From IMG/VR virus record IMGVR_UViG_3300028534_000020, positions 1 through 23,621 of that record: DNA of 23,621 bases; one strand, written 5' to 3'. The position numbers and the translations under genes are program-made. This DNA is from a virus. How positions within the stretch are numbered: position 1 is the first letter of the stretch; each line of letters starts with the position of its first letter. Below, in pieces: positions 17,459 to 23,621 of the stretch. Below the pieces are notes generated by a model that saw only the letters and a list, made by a program, of their open reading frames with translations, was not told the DNA's origin and did not search any database.

Positions 17459-19927
17459 TTATTTGCCTTTATAGTTTGTTTTTAATAAATACGAAGCGAT
17501 TGCAGCTTTTTCAGCATATTCTTTAGTATGCCCTAAATCTAACGCGACTTGGAAATTTTTTGCTAACTTATTAAAAGTTCTTACGTTTAAATCAGCCTCG
17601 TCAAATTTATCGATATACTTTTTCATAAAGTTAAATGCTAAGTCGCGAGACTCTTTAGTTGTTTTGAAAATATTTCCTTGTGTATCATACGTTTTTACAA
17701 GATACTTGATATTATCAATTTGGTCGAGTACTTCCTTACGTGTCATTGTTAAATCAAGTTTATCTGCTCTTGATAAAAGCGCTTGAGGCACCTTATCTGC
17801 TTTAAAATTTGAGATAAATACAATTTGACCATTAAATTTAAACGTTTTTGGTAAGTCGAATCTTATTACTTTGCCTTTACTGTCTGTTACAGGTTTGGCA
17901 CCTTTGATATTTGAAAATTCTGTAGAAATATTTCCAGTAGTATTCCAAGATATTGTGCCATCACCACTCGTATCTGTCGCTCCTTTCAGTATGTTAGCTG
18001 CATTTCCGTCAAGTAAAATTTCATCTGAGTCATCAAAAACAAGAATTTTACCATTGTGTTCTTGCATCATAGCGAATAAACGCGTCGCTGTAATTCTACC
18101 AGTTGATACGATATAATCGTATTTATCTTTTTTTAAGAATTTATGCCCAGTTTGCGGGTCAATACCAACTATCGACTCTTCACTATGACCAACGTTTTCT
18201 TGATTTTCTAATGGAATTTCACCAGCCAAATCACCTTTACGTAATTTTAAGCGAGGAAATACACCATCTTTTTTGTCGAGCAATGTATATGTTTTACCAA
18301 CGCCACCAGAACCATAAACAAATAAAGATTTAGAAATACCGAGACCAACTTGCGTTGCAAATAATTTATACGAATCGAAACGTTCTTTAACTGATAATTT
18401 TGGAATTTTCAATTCGTCTGTTTTTAATTCGGGTTCTTTAATATTTTTATCTTGTGCGTCTGTTTTTTCTTTTTGCGTAAAATGACTTGTTACATCTACA
18501 GAAGTAGAATAAATCTCGCCTTTACGTAAACCTTTTTTCAAATAATCAAGTGTCGCTGACAATGGTGTGCCTGTAACATTTACTATTTCGTGAACTTTAA
18601 GACCAGCCTTAAATAATTCTTTTACACGCTTTTCAGACGGCATTTTTTGGTCAAGTATATGTTTTATATGCCTTGTAAACTCTTCATCTGTTTTATATGC
18701 TACTCTTGTAGGATAAAACATAGTTTTACCATCATTATTAAGTCCAAGACCAAGTTGGTCCATATAAGCGTACATATTTTTATTACGTGCAGCAACGTTA
18801 GCGTCATCGGGCGTAACTTCTTTATCGCCTTTTGCGTGAGCGTGTTTACCATCGCTAACTCTTACCCAACCATTGATAACTTTTTTCCATTTTTCACCAT
18901 TCCAGTCTCTTACAGTTCCAATTGGAAATGCGCGACCTTTGGACAATTCGATATTATACGCTTTTGCAATATCGTCGTGGATAAATAACTCATTCTGTAC
19001 TGCTGTTATAGGTTTTATAGTTTCTGATTTTTTTATTGATAATGAATTATCAATAATTTTATCCATTATATCTCTTATTAAATTTGCAGCTTTATCTTTA
19101 TTTTTTTTAGAATATTCTGTTCCAATTTCTAATAATTTTTGTACAGCTTCTGTCGCTGTTATAATATTACGCTGTAAATCAGATGTTACATTAACTGCAT
19201 CATCAAGATTTAATTGACTGGCTGTATTTATTAAATTTTGAAAATCATTTTCTTTATTTGTATTTTCAGAACCAAGATTTTTTGCTATTGAACCATCGCC
19301 TAAAAAAGATGTGTGGCCTTCTTTATGTTTAACTTCAAGGCGACCTTCATTATTTATCTCAAATGAATAATCTTTATTGTCAAACATTTTTCGCATAGAA
19401 TTTCTACCAGTAGCGTCAGAAATACCATCAAGTATTTTTTTCTTTGTTTCAGGCGTTAATTCAATTTTTTTTGTTTCTTTTTTATCTGCACTATCTTTAC
19501 CATTAAAATGTTCTTTCCAAAATGGCTTATCAGTTTTCTTTTGTATACCAGCTTCAGAAAGTTTTTCGTATTGTTCTTGTAATACCTTAGCGTATTTTTT
19601 CATACCGGCTTCATCCTTTTCTGACTTTGCGCGCATATATCCAGTTTTGGCGCGGACGAATTTACTTTTCGCTTGTTCTATATCAGCTTCTTTTCGCTGT
19701 GTTTGCTTGCCGTCTGTTTTTTTACCTTGTGGCTTTTTATCGTCTTGTTTTGATTTTTTGCCACCTTCATTATAAGGTACCCAACCATTTACAGTTTTTT
19801 GATACTTCTTACCACCCCATTCACGAATTTCGCCGACGTTAGCTTTTTTACCTTTTGAAAACTCATCGATGATTTTTCGTTCACGGTTTATAGATATGTT
19901 TTGAAATACTTTGTTTATATCGCTCAT
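17459..19927 (-). CDS. Two-unit tagged polyprotein with HTH-like segment and C-terminal P-loop (AAA-like) ATPase
   Basis: Tag at aa 26-51 and 331-356; Walker A GSGGVGKT (539-546); Walker B ILVFDDSD (D632); NILKGATD, FKFNGQIVFISN, ALLSR; HTH-like VKELFKAGLKVHEIVNVTGTPLSATLDYL. Confidence 0.8.
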   Translation of the reverse strand: MSDINKVFQNISINRERKIIDEFSKGKKANVGEIREWGGKKYQKTVNGWVPYNEGGKKSKQDDKKPQGKKTDGKQTQRKEADIEQAKSKFVRAKTGYMRAKSEKDEAGMKKYAKVLQEQYEKLSEAGIQKKTDKPFWKEHFNGKDSADKKETKKIELTPETKKKILDGISDATGRNSMRKMFDNKDYSFEINNEGRLEVKHKEGHTSFLGDGSIAKNLGSENTNKENDFQNLINTASQLNLDDAVNVTSDLQRNIITATEAVQKLLEIGTEYSKKNKDKAANLIRDIMDKIIDNSLSIKKSETIKPITAVQNELFIHDDIAKAYNIELSKGRAFPIGTVRDWNGEKWKKVINGWVRVSDGKHAHAKGDKEVTPDDANVAARNKNMYAYMDQLGLGLNNDGKTMFYPTRVAYKTDEEFTRHIKHILDQKMPSEKRVKELFKAGLKVHEIVNVTGTPLSATLDYLKKGLRKGEIYSTSVDVTSHFTQKEKTDAQDKNIKEPELKTDELKIPKLSVKERFDSYKLFATQVGLGISKSLFVYGSGGVGKTYTLLDKKDGVFPRLKLRKGDLAGEIPLENQENVGHSEESIVGIDPQTGHKFLKKDKYDYIVSTGRITATRLFAMMQEHNGKILVFDDSDEILLDGNAANILKGATDTSGDGTISWNTTGNISTEFSNIKGAKPVTDSKGKVIRFDLPKTFKFNGQIVFISNFKADKVPQALLSRADKLDLTMTRKEVLDQIDNIKYLVKTYDTQGNIFKTTKESRDLAFNFMKKYIDKFDEADLNVRTFNKLAKNFQVALDLGHTKEYAEKAAIASYLLKTNYKGK
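19776..19804. repeat. 29-bp direct repeat, copy 1 (3' part of tag coding sequence)
   Basis: ggtacccaaccatttacagttttttgata, identical to 20751-20779. Confidence 0.95.
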
Positions 19928-19939
19928 AATTTTAATGTT

Positions 19940-20902
19940 TTATATTATTTCTGCCCACAAATCACTATCAAGCATTGTGTCATATAACGACGAATAATCA
20001 TTATATTTTTTAGTTATTTTTTCTGTGCGATTGCCGTCACTAAAAGTTAAAGTAACATTATTACCATCAATTTTAACTTTATATTTTGTGTTATTTTTCT
20101 TAACTGTTACATCTGCACCATTTTCATTAAAAGTTATATTTTCAATTTTAGCATCTTTACCATCAACATTCATAAAATCTGCAAGACCTTTTAAATTATC
20201 TGCTAAATTATTAAACTGATGTCGAGATATTTTTAAATTATTTATAGAATTATTTTGTTTAGTTTTAACTACAACGTCTGGATGCTTCTCGAGTCTTTTA
20301 GCGAACTGTTCTTTAGTTTCACCTGGCATAGATGAATAAACTGATTTTTGAGCGTCTGTATAAATTAAATGGTCACCATTATTTTTTATGCCACTTAATA
20401 TATTTTGCATTTTTGAACTGTTACCATTAGTTTTTTGCTGTACTTGTGATATGCGTTCATCGCGTTCTTTTAACTGTTTCTGTAAATCTTGTAATGCAGC
20501 TTGTTTTTTAGCGATGCTTTCTTTATAAAGTTTAATAACTTTTCTATATTGATTTTTTGCTTTATCAGAAACTTTATCAATATCAGCTTCATATTTTTTT
20601 ACTTCATTTTGTTCAAACTCAATTGATTCTTTTACATTATCGATCATTCGTTTAAGTTTGATTTTCTCTTCTTTTAAATTTTCTACTTCATCATTTAACT
20701 GTTTTTTATGCTGACCAGTCATAGGTACTTTATTTTTATTTTCCTTTACTGGTACCCAACCATTTACAGTTTTTTGATATTTTTGACCACCCCAAGTGCG
20801 TATCTCGCCAATATTAGCGCGTTTGCCCTTTATAAGCATATCAGCTAAATGTTCTCGTTGACTATTTATATTTGAGTGTAATGCTTTTTTTATTATGTCC
20901 AT
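19940..20902 (-). CDS. Tagged coiled-coil protein of unknown function (320 aa)
   Basis: Tag at aa 26-51; heptad-rich segment at about aa 65-160; beta-rich C-terminal domain. Confidence 0.8.
   Translation of the reverse strand: MDIIKKALHSNINSQREHLADMLIKGKRANIGEIRTWGGQKYQKTVNGWVPVKENKNKVPMTGQHKKQLNDEVENLKEEKIKLKRMIDNVKESIEFEQNEVKKYEADIDKVSDKAKNQYRKVIKLYKESIAKKQAALQDLQKQLKERDERISQVQQKTNGNSSKMQNILSGIKNNGDHLIYTDAQKSVYSSMPGETKEQFAKRLEKHPDVVVKTKQNNSINNLKISRHQFNNLADNLKGLADFMNVDGKDAKIENITFNENGADVTVKKNNTKYKVKIDGNNVTLTFSDGNRTEKITKKYNDYSSLYDTMLDSDLWAEII
20751..20779. repeat. 29-bp direct repeat, copy 2
   Basis: Identical to 19776-19804; 12 nt of it (tacccaaccatt) recur at 18863-18874 in the third tag. 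Confidence 0.95.
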
Positions 20903-20903
20903 T

Positions 20904-21182
20904 TTATTTATTTTTTAACCACTGGTCGATAAATGAAACATTAAGACCTTGTGAGCGTTTTAATTTTTTTGCAGAATAACGAGCAAAGTCCTCAAGTTGT
21001 TCCCTTGTAAACATTTTTTGAACTTGCTCTTTAGTATATAAATCATACTTTTTAATTAAATATTGCTTAATTTGTTCTTTAAACAATATCATAAAAAGCA
21101 CAATTACAACCAATACAATTACAGCTGTTGATATTATTGTAATTGTAGGCTCAGCTTTTAATATGTCGAAAATATCTTTCAT
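20904..21182 (-). CDS. Small single-pass membrane protein (92 aa)
   Basis: Hydrophobic run ITIISTAVIVLVVIVLFMILF followed by a basic tail. Confidence 0.75.
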   Translation of the reverse strand: MKDIFDILKAEPTITIISTAVIVLVVIVLFMILFKEQIKQYLIKKYDLYTKEQVQKMFTREQLEDFARYSAKKLKRSQGLNVSFIDQWLKNK

Positions 21183-21184
21183 AG

Positions 21185-21604
21185 TTACAAATTTAATATT
21201 TTTCTTAATAAATATTTGTTAAGCGATAAAATGTTTTCTGGCAATTCCATCACGTTAAACCACTTCATATCAGTGTATTCAAAATTATAATGAATTTCAG
21301 GCTCAGTTTCTATTGCGCGTAATAAGAAAAACGCAACATCTGGCTTTGTAGGGTGTATAATCATCTCTGTACTTACAGGCTGCGTTAATACACCAGACTC
21401 TTCATAAGTTTCTCTAATTGCTGTATTTAATGGCGACTCGCCTGTGTCTACTGTTCCACCGACAAATACCCATTTACCATTTCGCTCGTCATCTGTTTTT
21501 GCTTTACCAAGCAAAATGTTTCCAGCAGTATCGAATATAATACCTACAGCACCTTTTATGTCGATTTTGAAACCTTTTAATATGTTGTTATTTTTATCTT
21601 GCAT
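21185..21604 (-). CDS. Nudix hydrolase
   Basis: Complete Nudix box G-TVDTG-E-SPLNTAI-RETYEESGV, with AVGIIF strand and EYTDMKWF..ELP tail. Confidence 0.93.
   Translation of the reverse strand: MQDKNNNILKGFKIDIKGAVGIIFDTAGNILLGKAKTDDERNGKWVFVGGTVDTGESPLNTAIRETYEESGVLTQPVSTEMIIHPTKPDVAFFLLRAIETEPEIHYNFEYTDMKWFNVMELPENILSLNKYLLRKILNL
21188..21195 (-). promoter_or_regulatory. Candidate -7 promoter element TAAATTTG
   Basis: TAnnTTTG match 5 nt upstream of ATG 21182; same octamer and spacing as at 6074-6081. Confidence 0.4.
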
Positions 21605-21749
21605 CTTTTGCCATTTTTACTAATTCTTTTGAAATTTCAGTAAATATTGTTTTAAGAACTTTTTTATAATCATCTTGAAATTTCTTTTCAATAACAATAT
21701 TTACTTTATATGGCGCTCTGTCACGATATTTTGCTTGTTTCTTAGCCAT
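21594..21749 (-). CDS. Small helical protein after portal (51 aa)
   Basis: Not in the track. MAKKQAKYRDRAPYKVNIVIEKKFQDDYKKVLKTIFTEISKELVKMAKDAR*; TAATG overlap with portal stop and overlap with the Nudix start. Confidence 0.75.
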   Translation of the reverse strand: MAKKQAKYRDRAPYKVNIVIEKKFQDDYKKVLKTIFTEISKELVKMAKDAR

Positions 21750-23365
21750 TAGTCCATTTTTTCAAGAAAATTATCAAACGCTTTTGCGAATGGGTCTTCA
21801 GGATCAAGTTCTGGCTCGTAATTTTCAAACTCTTCCTCGTCGCCTGGGTATGCTGCTTGCATAGCTTCATTACTCATAGGGTCACCCTGCTGTTCCATTG
21901 CCTTTTCTTGAGCCCATTTTTGAAAGAAATAAGGGTTTAATATTAAATCATCTTTATCAATCTCATCAGATAAACCATATTTCTTACGTATTTCTTTAAG
22001 CGTCATAAATGCAGCACCCTTCTTAATATCAAGTTCAACCATTTCAGCCTCATTTTCTGGATTGAGACCTACGAACTTAAATTCAAAATTACTATCAAGC
22101 GCATTTACTATATACTTATTGATTTTATGTTCTATTGCTTTTAATAAGGGTTGTAGCCCTTTATCTCTTGAATATTTTAGTCGTGCTTCATTGTTCCCTT
22201 CAAATAATGGCTTAGAATCTGACGAACCGTTCATCGGAAAACCTATTTCAGATGGGTCAATCTTATAACTGGCGCAAGCGAGTTTTATAAGATATTCTTG
22301 CCATTTTGAAAATTCCATATCGCGGTTATTCTTTTGCAAGTCAATCCAATCCATTTTATCAGCTTCCAATACTGGTGTTTTCCAAGCATTTTGAACGCCT
22401 GCTACCATTGCTCGCCAATTTTGTTTGAATTCTTGCAAACGAGATTCTTTTATAGAGCCAGATACTTTTAATATACCTTTGGGCGCAGAACCTTGACTAA
22501 AAAATTTACCATTATACGTATCGCTGTACAGCATCCACGTAATTATATTGATAATATTTTCAAGTTCAGAAACGCCATAACCGTTTAAGCGAATATCTGT
22601 ATAATGATTTCGTATACCAAATGCTAATTCCCAAGGGTAAAATTCAGCAATCGGTTCACCATTGTAAATCTGGACGTATGAAGGGTAATAACCATTAACT
22701 TCGAGACGTTCTTTTTGTCTATATTCGTCGTCATCGAATGAATCAGCTAATCTAAACGTCGCAGCATCTGTCGCGATATATTCTACTGGTAAACCTTTTC
22801 TGTTCCGTACTACTTCAAATGTATACTGGTCTAATTCTAAACTGTCACGAGTAATTTTGCGTAAAAAAGTATCAAACGAATCACCGTGCCAAGCGTTATT
22901 AATGCGACCACTATTGATAATAAAATCAGTTATATACTCAATTTTTGCTTCGTCTTGTTTTGTAAGTTTCTGCTCTTCTGTATTCAGATAACCAGTTTTT
23001 TTACGAATTATAAAACCCACACCATTATCATTATACGCAGGTTCAGAAAATGAAGCGACTTGCTCAACTCTTGTAGTTATGATTGCATTTATAATAGGCG
23101 TTCTACCCATTCTACGCAATGTATTATAACTTAAATTTGTAAGTTTATTTTTATACCCGAGTTGACGCGAAAAGTCCCAAGGGTCAAATATATATGATTT
23201 TATTTTTGACTCATCTCGCTGTTCTACATCTTTAAAATATTTAACAGCTTCAAGTATTTTATTCGGGTCGTCTGAGCGTAACGATTTTTCAAGCATTATT
23301 TGCCTTTGAATTTCAAGCTTTGCTTGCATCTCTTGAATATCGCTAAGTGACGTTGGTAAGTTCAT
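21749..23365 (-). CDS. Portal protein
   Basis: 538 aa; IINAIITTRVEQV, FLRKITRDSL, YGVSELE, YNGKFFSQGSAPKGIL, DMEFSKW..YLI..ACASYKIDPSEIGF, DKGLQPLL portal motifs. Confidence 0.95.
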   Translation of the reverse strand: MNLPTSLSDIQEMQAKLEIQRQIMLEKSLRSDDPNKILEAVKYFKDVEQRDESKIKSYIFDPWDFSRQLGYKNKLTNLSYNTLRRMGRTPIINAIITTRVEQVASFSEPAYNDNGVGFIIRKKTGYLNTEEQKLTKQDEAKIEYITDFIINSGRINNAWHGDSFDTFLRKITRDSLELDQYTFEVVRNRKGLPVEYIATDAATFRLADSFDDDEYRQKERLEVNGYYPSYVQIYNGEPIAEFYPWELAFGIRNHYTDIRLNGYGVSELENIINIITWMLYSDTYNGKFFSQGSAPKGILKVSGSIKESRLQEFKQNWRAMVAGVQNAWKTPVLEADKMDWIDLQKNNRDMEFSKWQEYLIKLACASYKIDPSEIGFPMNGSSDSKPLFEGNNEARLKYSRDKGLQPLLKAIEHKINKYIVNALDSNFEFKFVGLNPENEAEMVELDIKKGAAFMTLKEIRKKYGLSDEIDKDDLILNPYFFQKWAQEKAMEQQGDPMSNEAMQAAYPGDEEEFENYEPELDPEDPFAKAFDNFLEKMD

Positions 23366-23372
23366 ACTTCAA

Positions 23373-23621
23373 TTATGCGTTGTTTTCGTCTTGAACTAAT
23401 AAATTAGCTATATCAGTTTTAATTATTTGATTTTTAGCATTCAACACAAGAATATGTTTGCCTTCAAGCGTATTAACTTTATTTTCTGTATTAAACACAA
23501 TATCTGGACCATTATTACCACTTATATCGTGTAATGTAGTTCCGTCATAGTCTTTCGTTACCTTATAAGCACGTTTAATACCATTGATTTCATAACCATA
23601 TTCAAAAAGGTTATAATATAA
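23373..23621 (-). CDS. Partial CDS (3' end), probable virion structural protein
   Basis: Open from the window edge for 82 codons: LYYNLFEYGYEINGIKRAYKVTKDYDGTTLHDISGNNGPD...QDENNA*. GTTLHDISGNN resembles the GTTxxDxSGNN motif of LamG/concanavalin-like phage domains. Confidence 0.6.
   Translation of the reverse strand, partial: LYYNLFEYGYEINGIKRAYKVTKDYDGTTLHDISGNNGPDIVFNTENKVNTLEGKHILVLNAKNQIIKTDIANLLVQDENNA

Noticed and set aside
17459-18330. ATPase as terminase large subunit or ParA partner of the ParB domain
   Set aside because: No terminase nuclease domain or ParA-type KGGxGKT N-terminal motif; DDxD Walker B and FISN fit a different AAA-like family.
3795-19927. Extracellular contractile injection system or tailocin (sheath + tube + ATPase)
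   Set aside because: Portal, protease, capsid and neck genes are present, so it is a head-bearing phage; the ATPase lies in the head block.
18860-20836. Tag repeats as a DGR template/variable pair or CRISPR repeats
   Set aside because: No reverse transcriptase or cas gene in the window, differences are not adenine-specific, and the copies are in-frame coding and ~1 kb apart.
20904-21182. Holin call
   Set aside because: One transmembrane helix alone is insufficient and there is no adjacent endolysin.
355-22268. All plus-strand ORFs in the track, and the nested minus-strand ORF 2749-2952
   Set aside because: They are shadows of long minus-strand genes, Phe/Ser/Leu-rich from antisense Lys/Glu codons, with no motifs; the minus strand is already almost fully coding.

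Overview
The window is one continuous, minus-strand virion morphogenesis operon of a large contractile-tailed (myovirus-type) phage or prophage. In transcription order: partial upstream ORF, portal, an ~8.7-kb accessory block, prohead protease/scaffold, major capsid, neck and head-tail genes, sheath, tube, chaperone pair, tape measure, hub-like protein and a partial downstream ORF. Gene order and motifs resemble SPO1/Twort/A511-type (Herelleviridae-like) head-tail modules, but SD-less A-rich starts and TAnnTTTG elements point to a Bacteroidota host. The most interesting part is the block between portal and protease. It encodes a Nudix hydrolase, a small membrane protein, a coiled-coil protein, an HTH + P-loop ATPase polyprotein, an intein-interrupted MuF/gp7-like protein and a ParB/Srx + GNAT polyprotein. 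Several of these carry a repeated ~26-aa tag (three copies, two sharing a perfect 29-bp DNA repeat) or a second Trp-ending tag. Each tag sits directly behind a hydrophobic-x-Lys-Gly site like the predicted capsid maturation site. I infer a modular leader/tag/cargo system for loading effector enzymes into the head. Other points: a tail chaperone partner gene broken at an A9 run, a probable nested scaffold gene, and several small ORFs missing from the track. All product calls come from motifs and synteny read by eye; no database search was run.
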